From Escherichia phage vB_EcoM_DalCa, in the sequence record NC_054908.1: a stretch of DNA of 64,000 nucleotides, one strand, 5' to 3'. The number at the start of each line of letters is the position of its first letter. Within the stretch, counting starts at the first letter, position 1. The notes below the pieces were generated by a model. The model had not been told where the DNA came from. It made no database searches and was given only the letters and a program-made list of their open reading frames with translations. A program made the position numbers and the translations under genes. This document shows positions 50,177-60,956 of the stretch, piece by piece.

Positions 50177-50657
50177 TAAAGAAGTTTCTATTCCTAAGAT
50201 GGGTCTTAAACATTATAACATTTTAAAAGATGTTAAAGGTCCTGATGAAAATTTAAAGCTTCTTATTGATTCTATTTGTCCAAATTTATCACCGGCAGAA
50301 GTTGATTTCGTTTCTATTCATTTATTGGAATTTAATGGAAAGATTAAATCTCGTAAAGAAATAGATGGCTATACTTATGACATTAATGATGTTTATGTAT
50401 GCCAAAGATTAGAATTTCAATACCAAGGAAATACATTTTATTTTAGACCTCCTGGAAAATTTGAACAATTTTTAACGGTGAGCGATATGTTATCTAAATG
50501 CTTGCTTAAGGTCAACGATGAAGTTAAAGAAATTAATTTTCTTGAGATGCCAGCATTCGTTTTAAAATGGGCAAATGATATTTTTACAACTTTAGCAATT
50601 CCTGGCCCTAATGGTCCAATAACTGGAATTGGCAATATTATTGGATTATTTGAATGA
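50124..50657 (+). CDS. 28: gp28 baseplate hub distal subunit
   Basis: 177 aa from ATG 50124 (AAGG RBS); overlaps gene 27 end in another frame. Confidence 0.75.
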   Translation: MNLKLILPLKKVVLPISNKEVSIPKMGLKHYNILKDVKGPDENLKLLIDSICPNLSPAEVDFVSIHLLEFNGKIKSRKEIDGYTYDINDVYVCQRLEFQYQGNTFYFRPPGKFEQFLTVSDMLSKCLLKVNDEVKEINFLEMPAFVLKWANDIFTTLAIPGPNGPITGIGNIIGLFE

Positions 50658-52426
50658 AAAAGCCACAAGAAATGCAAACGATGCGTAGAAAAGTTATTTC
50701 AGATAATAAACCAACACAGGAAGCGGCTAAATCCGCTTCCAATACTTTATCTGGACTTAATGACATTTCTACAAAATTGGATGATGCTCAAGCTGCTTCT
50801 GAATTAATAGCTCAAACCGTTGAAGAAAAATCGAATGAAATAATTGGAGCAATTGACAATGTAGAAAGCGCAGTGAGTGATACTACTGCTGGTTCTGAGT
50901 TAATTGCTGAAACTGTAGAAATTGGCAACAATATTAATAAAGAAATCGGTGAATCACTCGGAAGTAAATTAGATAAATTAACGAGTTTACTAGAACAAAA
51001 AATTCAAACAGCTGGAATTCAACAGACAGGAACCAGCTTAGCTGTAGTCGAAAGTGCTATTCCCGTTAAAGTTGTTGAGGATGATACAGCTGAATTTGTT
51101 GGTCCATTATTACCAGCTCCTGAAGCAGTTAATAATGATCCTGACGCTGATTTTTTCCCTGCCCCTCAACCAGTTGAACCTAAGCGAGAGTCACCGGAAG
51201 AAAAACAGAAAAAAGAAGCATTTAATTTAAAATTATCTCAAGCTTTAGATAAATTAACAAAGACTGTTGATTTTGGATTTAAAAAATCCATTTCAATTAC
51301 TGATAAAATATCAAGCATGCTATTTAAGTATACTGTCAGTGCTGCTATTGAAGCTGCTAAAATGGTTGCATTAATAATGGCTGTTGTTATTGGAATAGAC
51401 CTACTGATGGTTCATTTTAAATATTGGTCAGATAAATTTTCAAAAGCCTGGGATTTGTTTAGCACTGATTTTAAAACTTTTTCAAGCGAAACCGGAACTT
51501 GGGGTCCTTTATTACAGAGCATCTTTGAATCTATTGATGAAATTAAAAAGTTCTGGGAAGCGGGAGATTGGGGCGGTTTGACGGTAGCTATTGTAGAAGG
51601 GCTTGGAAAGGTTCTTTATAATTTAGGAGAACTTATTCAGCTTGGAATGGCTAAATTATCAGCAGCAATTCTTCGAGTTATTCCTGGTATGAAAGATACT
51701 GCTGACGAAGTAGAAGGAAGAGCGCTGGAAAATTTCCAAAATTCTACTGGAGCATCTCTCAATAAAGAAGACCAGGAAAAAGTTGCGAATTATCAAGATA
51801 AACGAATGAATGGAGACCTTGGTCCGATAGCAGAAGGACTAGACAAAATTGCGAACTGGAAAACTCGTGCATCTAACTGGATTCGTGGTGTTGATAATAA
51901 AGAAGCATTGACAACTGATGAAGAACGCGCAGCAGAAGAAGAAAAATTAAAGCAGCTTTCACCAGAAGAAAGAAAAAATGCTTTAATGAAGGCTAATGAA
52001 GCCCGTGCCGCGATGATTCGTTTTGAAAAATATGCTGATTCAGCTGATATGAGTAAAGACTCAACAGTTAAATCAATTGAAGCCGCTCATGAAGACCTTA
52101 AAAAACGGATGAATGACCCGGATTTAAATAATTCACCTGCAGTTAAAAAGGAGCTTGCTTCTAGATTTGCTAAAATTGATGCTACTTATCAAGAGCTTAA
52201 GAAAAATCAACCTGAGGCCAAACCTGAAACTTCTGCTAAATCGCCAGAAGCAAAACAAGTCCAGGTAATAGAAAAGAACAAAGCACAGCAAGCTCCTGTT
52301 CAACAAGCATCTCCTTCAATCAATAATACTAATAATGTTATTAAGAAAAATACTGTCGTTCATAATATGACACCCGTAACGAGCACAACTGCTCCTGGTG
52401 TATTTGGCGCGACTGGAGTTAATTAA
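50654..52426 (+). CDS. 29: gp29 baseplate hub / tail length determinant
   Basis: 590 aa; synteny. Confidence 0.93.
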   Translation: MKKPQEMQTMRRKVISDNKPTQEAAKSASNTLSGLNDISTKLDDAQAASELIAQTVEEKSNEIIGAIDNVESAVSDTTAGSELIAETVEIGNNINKEIGESLGSKLDKLTSLLEQKIQTAGIQQTGTSLAVVESAIPVKVVEDDTAEFVGPLLPAPEAVNNDPDADFFPAPQPVEPKRESPEEKQKKEAFNLKLSQALDKLTKTVDFGFKKSISITDKISSMLFKYTVSAAIEAAKMVALIMAVVIGIDLLMVHFKYWSDKFSKAWDLFSTDFKTFSSETGTWGPLLQSIFESIDEIKKFWEAGDWGGLTVAIVEGLGKVLYNLGELIQLGMAKLSAAILRVIPGMKDTADEVEGRALENFQNSTGASLNKEDQEKVANYQDKRMNGDLGPIAEGLDKIANWKTRASNWIRGVDNKEALTTDEERAAEEEKLKQLSPEERKNALMKANEARAAMIRFEKYADSADMSKDSTVKSIEAAHEDLKKRMNDPDLNNSPAVKKELASRFAKIDATYQELKKNQPEAKPETSAKSPEAKQVQVIEKNKAQQAPVQQASPSINNTNNVIKKNTVVHNMTPVTSTTAPGVFGATGVN

Positions 52427-52434
52427 GGAATAAT

Positions 52435-53529
52435 ATGGCAATTGTTAAAGAAATAACTGCTGATTTAATTAAAAAGTCCGGTGAGAAAATTTCAGCCGGA
52501 CAGAGTACTAAATCAGAAGTAGGAACTAAAACATACACAGCCCAGTTTCCAACTGGGCGTGCTAGTGGGAATGACACTACAGGGGACTTCCAGGTAACAG
52601 ATCTATATAAGAATGGATTATTATTTACTGCATACAATATGTCATCTAGGGATTCTGGAAGTCTCAGAACGATGAGATCTAACTACTCTTCTTCATCTTC
52701 TAGTATTTTACGTACAGCCAGAAACACTATTAGTAGTACAGTATCAAAACTATCAAATGGATTAATATCAGATAATAATTCAGGAACAATAAGTAAAGTT
52801 CCTGTTGCAAATATTCTTTTACCGAGATCTAAATCCGATGTTGATACATCATCACATAGATTTAACGATGTTCAAGATAGTCTTATTACAAAAGGTGGAG
52901 GTACTGCTACTGGCGTGTTAAGCAATATGGCTTCAACTGCAGTATTTGGAGCACTGGAAAGTATAACACAAGGTATAATGGCTGATAATAATGAACAGAT
53001 TTATACGACAGCCAGAAGTATGTATGGTGGTGCTGAGAATAGAACTAAAGTGTTCACTTGGGATTTGACTCCGCGTTCCACAGAAGATTTAATGGCTATT
53101 ATTAATATCTATCAATATTTTAACTATTTTTCTTATGGTGAAACGGGTAAATCTCAATATGCTGCTGAAATAAAAGGATATCTAGATGAGTGGTATCGCT
53201 CTACTTTTATTGAGCCATTAACTCCAGAAGATGCAGTTAAAAATAAGACGTTATTTGAGAAAATGACATCGAGTTTAACTAACGTTCTTGTAGTTTCAAA
53301 CCCGACAATTTGGATGGTTAAAAACTTTGGCGCAACTTCTAAATTTGACGGAAAAACAGAAGTGTTTGGACCGTGTCAAATTCAAAGTATTAGATTTGAT
53401 AAAACTCCGAATGGTAATTTTAACGGATTAGCTATTGCTCCTAACCTTCCAAGTTCTTTTACACTCGAGATTACTATGAGAGAGATTATCACGTTAAACC
53501 GTGCTTCTTTATATACGGGGACTTTCTAA
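52435..53529 (+). CDS. 48: gp48 baseplate tail tube junction protein
   Basis: 364 aa; synteny. Confidence 0.92.
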   Translation: MAIVKEITADLIKKSGEKISAGQSTKSEVGTKTYTAQFPTGRASGNDTTGDFQVTDLYKNGLLFTAYNMSSRDSGSLRTMRSNYSSSSSSILRTARNTISSTVSKLSNGLISDNNSGTISKVPVANILLPRSKSDVDTSSHRFNDVQDSLITKGGGTATGVLSNMASTAVFGALESITQGIMADNNEQIYTTARSMYGGAENRTKVFTWDLTPRSTEDLMAIINIYQYFNYFSYGETGKSQYAAEIKGYLDEWYRSTFIEPLTPEDAVKNKTLFEKMTSSLTNVLVVSNPTIWMVKNFGATSKFDGKTEVFGPCQIQSIRFDKTPNGNFNGLAIAPNLPSSFTLEITMREIITLNRASLYTGTF

Positions 53530-54494
53530 TGTATTCTTTAGAGGAATTTAATAATCAAGCAATAAACGCAGATTTTCAACGTAATAATATGTTTAGCTGC
53601 GTTTTTGCGACAACTCCATCAACTAAAAGCTCTTCGTTGATAAGTTCAATTAGCAACTTTTCTTATAATAACTTGGGTCTAAATTCAGACTGGTTAGGAT
53701 TGTCTCAAGGTGATATTAATCAGGGAATTACCACGCTAATTACTGCTGGCACACAAAAACTGATAAGAAAATCAGGGGTTAGTAAATATCTTATTGGTGC
53801 CATGAGTCAACGTACAGTTCAAAGTTTATTGGGTTCATTTACAGTTGGTACATATTTAATTGACTTCTTTAATATGGCGTATAATTCATCTGGATTGATG
53901 ATATACTCTGTAAAAATGCCAGAGAATAGATTATCCTATGAAACTGACTGGAACTATAATTCTCCTAATATTCGTATAACTGGGAGAGAATTAGACCCTT
54001 TGGTTATTTCATTTAGAATGGATTCAGAAGCTTGTAACTATCGTGCAATGCAAGACTGGGTTAACGCTGTTCAAGACCCAGTAACTGGATTACGTGCTTT
54101 GCCACAAGATGTCGAGGCAGATATTCAGGTTAATCTTCATGCTCGTAATGGATTACCTCATACTGCGGTGATGTTCACCGGATGCATTCCAGTGTCAGTG
54201 AGCGCTCCTGAGTTATCATATGATGGAGATAACCAAATAACTACATTTGATGTTACTTTTGCATATAGAGTCATGCAGGCTGGAGCAGTTGATAGGCAAG
54301 CTGCGCTTGAATGGCTTGAATCTGCTGCTATAAATGGTATTCAAAGCGTTCTCGGAAATAGTGGAGGTGTTACTGGACTATCTAATTCGCTTTCACGACT
54401 CAGTAGATTAGGGGGAACTGCAGGAAGCATTTCAAACATTAATACTATGACAGGAATTGTCAATTCGCAGAGTAAAATATTAGGAGCAATATAA
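53529..54494 (+). CDS. 54: gp54 baseplate tail tube initiator
   Basis: 321 aa; synteny. Confidence 0.92.
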   Translation: MYSLEEFNNQAINADFQRNNMFSCVFATTPSTKSSSLISSISNFSYNNLGLNSDWLGLSQGDINQGITTLITAGTQKLIRKSGVSKYLIGAMSQRTVQSLLGSFTVGTYLIDFFNMAYNSSGLMIYSVKMPENRLSYETDWNYNSPNIRITGRELDPLVISFRMDSEACNYRAMQDWVNAVQDPVTGLRALPQDVEADIQVNLHARNGLPHTAVMFTGCIPVSVSAPELSYDGDNQITTFDVTFAYRVMQAGAVDRQAALEWLESAAINGIQSVLGNSGGVTGLSNSLSRLSRLGGTAGSISNINTMTGIVNSQSKILGAI

Positions 54495-54498
54495 CAAT

Positions 54499-54528
54499 GG
54501 GGACCTTTCGGTCCCCATATTTTTATTT
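54499..54528 (+). terminator. bidirectional intrinsic terminator after gene 54
   Basis: GGGGACC-TTTC-GGTCCCC followed by ATATTTTTATTT. Confidence 0.65.
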
Positions 54529-54813
54529 ACGGAATGAAATAAAAGCAGAAACTGAAGCAACTAAACTATCTTCAATATAAACTTCAATTTTTACCGGAGC
54601 TTCTGACTCAAATTTACCTGTTACTACACCCTGAAAAATACTTTCAGTCTGTTCTGGCTTTGAAAAATTTTCAGAAGGAAAAATTCCAAACTTTTTATCG
54701 GTTCCAAAAATTTTAATAAATTCATCATAAACTGCTTCATTGAAAGCGTTATCAGCGGGAATAACGCCCTCAACTACAAGTTCTTGACCTAAAAAGCGCA
54801 AAGAAGATTTCAT
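54523..54813 (-). CDS. hypothetical protein (96 aa) downstream of the alt genes
   Basis: ORF ending in the bidirectional terminator. Confidence 0.6.
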   Translation of the reverse strand: MKSSLRFLGQELVVEGVIPADNAFNEAVYDEFIKIFGTDKKFGIFPSENFSKPEQTESIFQGVVTGKFESEAPVKIEVYIEDSLVASVSAFISFRK

Positions 54814-54873
54814 TTTGTGTTCCTCATGTTATGTAAGTAAGACTACTATAACACAACATGATGGACTTGTAAA

Positions 54874-56931
54874 CTACATTTTGAACTTTTTAGACATTCC
54901 GTTAATGTTAACCAAAGAAGCTAAGATTTGAGAAACTTCATTTTCCTCTTCTTTTGATTCTTCTACAAGGAATTGATTAAATCCAGCCATTGGACGAACT
55001 TCACCAGTTTCCATTAGATGGTCTCCATCATATACTGATTCTTCTAATTGTTCAGAAGGAGGAACGATTGTACCTTCGATTAGATACTTGTTATAAGCAG
55101 TTTCTTTCATAAAGTACGTACTTACTTTATTAATCTTCAGTAAAATTCCACGTGGTAGAATAACTTCAGCTTCTGATGGAAATCCTGATAAATGACCCGG
55201 AACGATAACTTTGATTCGCTCAGCTCCTTTAATTACCATACCCACGCTAGTTTCAGCATCTTCATTAGCATATGTAGAATGACTACCCATATGCATCAAA
55301 TCTTCTGCATCAACAGAACCTTCTCCTTCGCCAGAAAATACTGCACCGGAATCATCTAGAGCCATATAGTTTTTACCATGCTCACCGAAGATATTTGGTT
55401 TAAGTGATGTCGATACGAAGTTCTTGAAATAGAACATTTTATTTTCAATATTGTGACGCAAAGTTTTAAAGGTAACTTCTTGTCCACGGTAAAGTGTAGT
55501 TCCTGGAGGAAGAACTGAACCTTTAGCGAATGCAGAATCCAGCGTCTCAATATGTTTAATAGCTCGTTCCATATATTCTTCACGGGTAGAATCTGGTTTA
55601 CCCAAAAGGAACGAGTTCATTTCAACATATGAATCTGCACAATAATCTTCAATTACGTCAGATTCAGCCTGAGTTAATCCTTTTGGAGTTACTTCAGTAC
55701 TTGCATATTCATATGCCTGAGCGGCAGATTCATTAATCAATTTATAAATGCCATTCATGACAAATTGAATAATAGCTGTCTTTTCATCTGGCGTAGCTTT
55801 AGAACCTTTAACTAAATCATTGACAATTTTCTTAATAACATCAAAACTATTAGAAATATTAATATCAGCAAGATCGCTTAAAATTTTATCAGTTTTATAA
55901 TCAAAGAATTCTTTATTCTTTAAATATTCTTGAGAACCTTGATATGTTATATCGCTCTGCAGCTTGATAGATGGATCGCGTAAACGTGCATGGGCCAATG
56001 CAATATGATTTCGGAAGTTTTCTAGTTCATAATCGTTAGATTTAAAACGAGAAGCACTTCTCATACCACCGATAGCTCCTTTGCTAAAGTTTGAACCAAT
56101 CTGAATAACGCCAGAGTTCATCGGACCTTCTGCTTTATATACCGGAACTTTAGATTCAAACTCTTGATATTTCTTGGCAGCAAAGCTATCACCCTGAAGT
56201 GAAGCATCAACAGTAGAATATTGAGCTTGTGCTGCTAATCGACGACTTATTTTAGTTTTCTGAATAACAGCTTGGTCCGTGCGCTTATCATTTTCTAAAG
56301 CAATAGAAGCAGCAACAGCGACAGCTTTAGGAACAGCATTTCCTGTTTTAACGTCTACATAAACATCACCGACCTTTGATTCAACTTTTGTGAATAACTC
56401 AGTTGAAATAGGAGGTACACCTGGAATGTCTTCTAAATTGGCATTTTTACGGTAAACCATAATATATGCATATTTCTTATCATAGTCCCAGATTTCCTTT
56501 AAAAGAACATATCGACCTGCTCCTTTAGTACGTACTAAACGGTCAGCAATAACTTGCATTTGACGAGCTGCGCCATTTGTTTTACTTTTTAGTACGCGGA
56601 ATAGGCATGCGTCGATTTTATACTGTTTCATTGTTTGAAGAGCAGTATCAAAAACGGCATTAATGACACCAATTGGATTTCCACCCAAGTTTCTAAGTTT
56701 AACCAGTGATAGTTTCTCATTAACACCTATCATTACGATATGCATCATTTTATCGCCTGGCTTAACGTTTTTATTCGTATCACCACCAGAGGTGTATGTA
56801 CAAAATCTAAATCCAGGAAGCACGCTTTCTTCGCCGGCTTGAATAGCAAAAATTTGTGGTATTTTATGCTTAGGATTTAAGTTAACAACCGGCGCCGAAG
56901 CGCCGTCAAATAATTCTGTAATAAGTTCCAT
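54874..56931 (-). CDS. Alt-like ADP-ribosyltransferase paralog (capsid-packaged)
   Basis: 685 aa; N-terminal MELITELF targeting/cleavage sequence; C-terminal R-S-E motifs (LYRGQ, FVSTS, EAEVILPRG); N-terminal ~215 aa and C-terminal domain close to the adjacent alt ORF. Confidence 0.8.
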   Translation of the reverse strand: MELITELFDGASAPVVNLNPKHKIPQIFAIQAGEESVLPGFRFCTYTSGGDTNKNVKPGDKMMHIVMIGVNEKLSLVKLRNLGGNPIGVINAVFDTALQTMKQYKIDACLFRVLKSKTNGAARQMQVIADRLVRTKGAGRYVLLKEIWDYDKKYAYIMVYRKNANLEDIPGVPPISTELFTKVESKVGDVYVDVKTGNAVPKAVAVAASIALENDKRTDQAVIQKTKISRRLAAQAQYSTVDASLQGDSFAAKKYQEFESKVPVYKAEGPMNSGVIQIGSNFSKGAIGGMRSASRFKSNDYELENFRNHIALAHARLRDPSIKLQSDITYQGSQEYLKNKEFFDYKTDKILSDLADINISNSFDVIKKIVNDLVKGSKATPDEKTAIIQFVMNGIYKLINESAAQAYEYASTEVTPKGLTQAESDVIEDYCADSYVEMNSFLLGKPDSTREEYMERAIKHIETLDSAFAKGSVLPPGTTLYRGQEVTFKTLRHNIENKMFYFKNFVSTSLKPNIFGEHGKNYMALDDSGAVFSGEGEGSVDAEDLMHMGSHSTYANEDAETSVGMVIKGAERIKVIVPGHLSGFPSEAEVILPRGILLKINKVSTYFMKETAYNKYLIEGTIVPPSEQLEESVYDGDHLMETGEVRPMAGFNQFLVEESKEEENEVSQILASLVNINGMSKKFKM

Positions 56932-56934
56932 GAT

Positions 56935-58989
56935 TTATCCTTGAACGAACTTGTAAGGCATGTTTGCAATATCTATACAAGACGCAATAATTCCAAGAGA
57001 TGATTCTACTTTCTGTTTAACATTTGATGAAACAAATGATGCAAAGTCAACTCTGTCTTCTACTTCAATATCACCTGTCATTGCAACCAATTCACCAGTT
57101 TCCATTAAATGGTCTCCGTCATAGATTACCGATTCGGTGAGCTCTTCCGTGGTCATAACTTCAGCTTGAATAAGCTTGTTGTTAGTTTTAACTGTTCCAT
57201 CATTGTAAGATGCATCAGTTATTTTATTAACTTTGACCATTAATCCACGTGGCAAAATAACTTCCATTTCATTTGAAGGCGCTAAACTTCCACCGGGTAA
57301 AACAACATTGACTTTATCAGCCCCAGTAATAACCCATCCAATTCCGACTAAATTATCGCTAGAATTAACAAGCCCTTCATCATTTTTATCGATAGAAATG
57401 TTTAGACGCTTTTCATCTGGTAAAACACCAACAGCTGAATCAGTCATCCAAGTACCAAAAATGTTTGGATATAATGATGTTGATACAAAATTTCTAAAAT
57501 AAAAAACTCGATTTTTTACCAATGCTTCATATATTGAAGGTAACATTCGCTGTGAACGATATAAAGTAATACCTTTTGGCAATCGATCACCATTTTTAAA
57601 GGCTGAATCTAAATTATCAATAGCTTTTTCTATGTCAGATGCTGTCAAAATACTTGTACGCTCATCTGGATTATATAATCCCAAAAGAGCATTATTTATG
57701 TCTACATATCCTGAACCTACGTATTCACGAATTCCGCGTTTTTGTGCTGGTGTGTATTTAGATGAATCTTTATTTTCGACTATAGGATGTAATGACCATC
57801 CAGCTGTAAGAGCATATCCACGTAATTCTCTTCGAATAATCTTTGTTTTTATTGCATTCCAAGAATTTTGTACTAACTCATTTGCAGCATCTTGGTTTAA
57901 ATGCGAATGTTTGTTAATATTTCTTTCAAACCAAGCACCTTTATATTTTTCTAAAGTATCATCGACGATAGAAGCAATAGTTTCTAAAGTTTTTATTGAA
58001 GTAATAGATTCTTTTCGTAATTTTTCTAAAGCTTTATTTTTTATTTCTGCATTAATAATGGATTCTTTATCTTCAGGAATTATAGAAGCTTCTCTGAATG
58101 CCATCCCAGCTGTAACACTGCTAAGAGCATTCTCTAGTGCAAATCCTGAAGTAGAAATTACCGTTAATTCATTAGAATCAGAAATTAAAGGCGCGTCCGC
58201 TGGTTTATTTAATTCTGCCGCTGAAGCCTCAAATTTTTGAAACATCGGTGTTTCAAATCTAGAAGATTCCAATGACTGACTTTGTGCAATTGCTCTACGG
58301 GAAATTTTAACTTTAACGATTACAGCTTGGTCAGAACGTTTATCATTTTCTTGTGCAATAGATGCTGCAATTGCCTCATTTTTGGTTACTTGAGCTCCGG
58401 TATCTTTATTGATATAAACATCACCGACCTTCGATTCAACTTTAGTAAAGAGCTCGGTACTAATTTCCGGAACTCCTGGAATGTCTTCTAGTGATACATT
58501 TTTGCGATGTATAAGAATATATGCATACTTTTTATCATAATCCCAGAGTTCCTTAAGAAGGACGTATCTGCCACCTGAACGACTACGGATAAGTCTATCA
58601 GCAATAACTTGAATTTGTCGAGCTTGACCAGCGGTTTTAGACTTAAGAATACGAAGCATACAAGCATCAATTTTATACTGACGCATTGTTTGCATTGCAA
58701 CAGTAAAAACTGAATTGATATAATTAATTGGGCTTGGACCAAGACCTTTTAATTTAGCAATTGAACCTTTAGCAGTTAATGTAAAAGGAACAATATGCAT
58801 CATTTTATCGCCCATTTTTAAATCGCGATTAGTATCACCTCCAGATGTATAGGTACATAAACGAAAGCCTGGTTGTTCAATTGCATCATCAACATGAACT
58901 GAAAAAATTTGCGGTATTTTCTTCTTTGGATTTAAGTTTGTAATCGGAAGAGTAGTATCTTCGTCAAATAATTCTGTAATAAGTTCCAT
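56935..58989 (-). CDS. alt: Alt ADP-ribosyltransferase (capsid-packaged, injected)
   Basis: 684 aa from second ATG; N-terminus MELITELFDEDTT; ART motifs LYRSQ, FVSTS, EMEVILPRG; minus-strand TATAAATA upstream. Confidence 0.85.
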   Translation of the reverse strand: MELITELFDEDTTLPITNLNPKKKIPQIFSVHVDDAIEQPGFRLCTYTSGGDTNRDLKMGDKMMHIVPFTLTAKGSIAKLKGLGPSPINYINSVFTVAMQTMRQYKIDACMLRILKSKTAGQARQIQVIADRLIRSRSGGRYVLLKELWDYDKKYAYILIHRKNVSLEDIPGVPEISTELFTKVESKVGDVYINKDTGAQVTKNEAIAASIAQENDKRSDQAVIVKVKISRRAIAQSQSLESSRFETPMFQKFEASAAELNKPADAPLISDSNELTVISTSGFALENALSSVTAGMAFREASIIPEDKESIINAEIKNKALEKLRKESITSIKTLETIASIVDDTLEKYKGAWFERNINKHSHLNQDAANELVQNSWNAIKTKIIRRELRGYALTAGWSLHPIVENKDSSKYTPAQKRGIREYVGSGYVDINNALLGLYNPDERTSILTASDIEKAIDNLDSAFKNGDRLPKGITLYRSQRMLPSIYEALVKNRVFYFRNFVSTSLYPNIFGTWMTDSAVGVLPDEKRLNISIDKNDEGLVNSSDNLVGIGWVITGADKVNVVLPGGSLAPSNEMEVILPRGLMVKVNKITDASYNDGTVKTNNKLIQAEVMTTEELTESVIYDGDHLMETGELVAMTGDIEVEDRVDFASFVSSNVKQKVESSLGIIASCIDIANMPYKFVQG

Positions 58990-59012
58990 CATAGCCTCTC
59001 TAGTGTTTATTC

Positions 59013-59020
59013 TATTTATA
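59013..59020 (-). promoter_or_regulatory. late promoter TATAAATA for alt
   Basis: minus-strand TATAAATA about 25 nt upstream of alt ATG, just after an AAAGGCC-TTCG-GGCCTTT hairpin. Confidence 0.5.
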
Positions 59021-59041
59021 AAATTAAAGGCCCGAAGGCCT

Positions 59042-59230
59042 TTAGTAATCTAGTGGTAAGAGAGTACGATATATTTCAAACTTTGGTCCTTTTTCATAGG
59101 CATCAAATGTTTCTGTAAATTTATTATAAGCGTATGCATCTACAAATTCGAGAATGACTTGTGATACAGAAGTAGAAACATCTCCACCTTCTTTTTGAGC
59201 AATGACAATTGTTTCTAAGTAAGCTTTCAT
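59042..59230 (-). CDS. hypothetical small protein (62 aa)
   Basis: ORF between ligase and alt; start overlaps ligase stop. Confidence 0.5.
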   Translation of the reverse strand: MKAYLETIVIAQKEGGDVSTSVSQVILEFVDAYAYNKFTETFDAYEKGPKFEIYRTLLPLDY

Positions 59231-60690
59231 AAACCAGTTACCTCATGAAAATCACCAAATACATCCTCGAATGTATTAGCTTTAGTTTTATCTTCACGTA
59301 AACGAATCGCAATCGGAAGAAATAATTTAACGTAATCAGTGCGGCCATCAGATTTTAACCAACCGTTGCATTCGCACTCTAGAATTTTTCCAATATAATA
59401 ATTTTGGTTTTCCATAATGCGAGTACGGTCAAGTTCATGTGATTTTACGCCGGCTTTGTCTTTTAAGCCTGAACCAGCATTTACCTTAATTTTTCCACAC
59501 TCTGACTCAAGAATAAATCCACCTGCTTTAGTAGGGTCTTTACGGTGAGGATAAATTCCTACAATTTTTAAATCAACATCAATTACTTCTTTAAATTTAT
59601 AGAGATTTTTTGAACGAGCATTTTCCCATAACCCATCAACGTTTTTGAGAATAATACCTTCAAGACCTTGATCAATATACTTTTTATAAATTACCTTAGC
59701 TTCATCTAGGTTATTTACTACCTGGTTTTCAATTAAAATTACTTTATCATAACCTGATGTCATTTGTTCTAGTTTAGAAAAACGTACATCATATTTCAAA
59801 CGAAATGCAGGAAGACCGTATATTTCTACCAACGGGACATAATCCCAGACCTGAAACTTCATGCATTGAGCTTCTTTTTCAGAAATGGTTCCCTTTAAAG
59901 ATTTATTGGCGATGCCATTAGATGCAGTACGTGATTCAGCTACTTCGGCGAATTCTTTAGCTTTACTAATTTCAGGATAAGCATCAAAAAGAAAATCTAG
60001 GCCTTCTGGCTCCTTTTCAACTTGCTCATGGTATACCAATTCGCCATCAATTAACACACCTTCTGGATGAATCTGGCGAGCTTCTGCAGTCATTTTGATT
60101 AACTCTTCCTTAAGAAGATCTAATCCTAGATATTCATTACCAGCTCGTGATAAAAGACGAACATCATCTAATTCATCACCTCTAACTTCAGCAAAACACC
60201 GAGCTCCATCAGCTTTTAACTGGGCAAAGGCTGGAAATTTGATATTCTTATTAATGCCTTTTTCATCATAAGAACTTGCAAGCATTTGAGGTTGTTCAGG
60301 AATTAAACCTGGCCAAACTTTGTTCGCAATAGATACTGAAGCACCACATTCAAGGTCTCGCATCATCACCCGACGCAAAACTTCAACATCATCTTTTTTA
60401 CCGTCAGTAATATATCCAGTTAATTCCTCAATTGCCGCATTTCCAGTCAATTTCCGAGTAGCTAACGTGAATTCAATGAAGTCAAGCATATCGGTAAGAG
60501 TCAACATTCCAAAACTCTGGGTAGCAATACCCGGTTTAGGCCATTTCTTGATATAATACTGTAACCCACGAGAATAAGTCAGACGATATACTCGTTTAAG
60601 CAATTCATTATCTTTATTCTTTTCAAGAATTGCTTGCTTCTGCTTAGTTGAACCAATAGATGCTATTTCGTTCAGAATTTTAAGAATCAT
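59227..60690 (-). CDS. 30: gp30 ATP-dependent DNA ligase
   Basis: 487 aa; N-terminus MILKILNEIAS; adenylation motif KADGAR. Confidence 0.95.
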   Translation of the reverse strand: MILKILNEIASIGSTKQKQAILEKNKDNELLKRVYRLTYSRGLQYYIKKWPKPGIATQSFGMLTLTDMLDFIEFTLATRKLTGNAAIEELTGYITDGKKDDVEVLRRVMMRDLECGASVSIANKVWPGLIPEQPQMLASSYDEKGINKNIKFPAFAQLKADGARCFAEVRGDELDDVRLLSRAGNEYLGLDLLKEELIKMTAEARQIHPEGVLIDGELVYHEQVEKEPEGLDFLFDAYPEISKAKEFAEVAESRTASNGIANKSLKGTISEKEAQCMKFQVWDYVPLVEIYGLPAFRLKYDVRFSKLEQMTSGYDKVILIENQVVNNLDEAKVIYKKYIDQGLEGIILKNVDGLWENARSKNLYKFKEVIDVDLKIVGIYPHRKDPTKAGGFILESECGKIKVNAGSGLKDKAGVKSHELDRTRIMENQNYYIGKILECECNGWLKSDGRTDYVKLFLPIAIRLREDKTKANTFEDVFGDFHEVTGL

Positions 60691-60956
60691 TGTTCATCCT
60701 TTAGAGTTTGGTTTACAGCTCTATTATAAATCAATTCATCATTAAGCTCAGTCAAAGACCTGTGGTACGTGGTTCTAACTTTATTTCCTTGCATCCAGTG
60801 CTTGACGTAAATGAAACCTTGCTCTACACATTTTTTAAAAATTCGTTCGTCTTTTTGAGCTCGGAATTCTGGATTGCATCTAAAAAATTGATTTACGTGA
60901 CCGTAATCACGTGTAGTATTACCTTCATTTTCATAAATAGTGTGAACAACAAACAT
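60687..60956 (-). CDS. hypothetical protein (89 aa)
   Basis: ORF with translationally coupled junctions in the block upstream of ligase. Confidence 0.6.
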   Translation of the reverse strand: MFVVHTIYENEGNTTRDYGHVNQFFRCNPEFRAQKDERIFKKCVEQGFIYVKHWMQGNKVRTTYHRSLTELNDELIYNRAVNQTLKDEQ

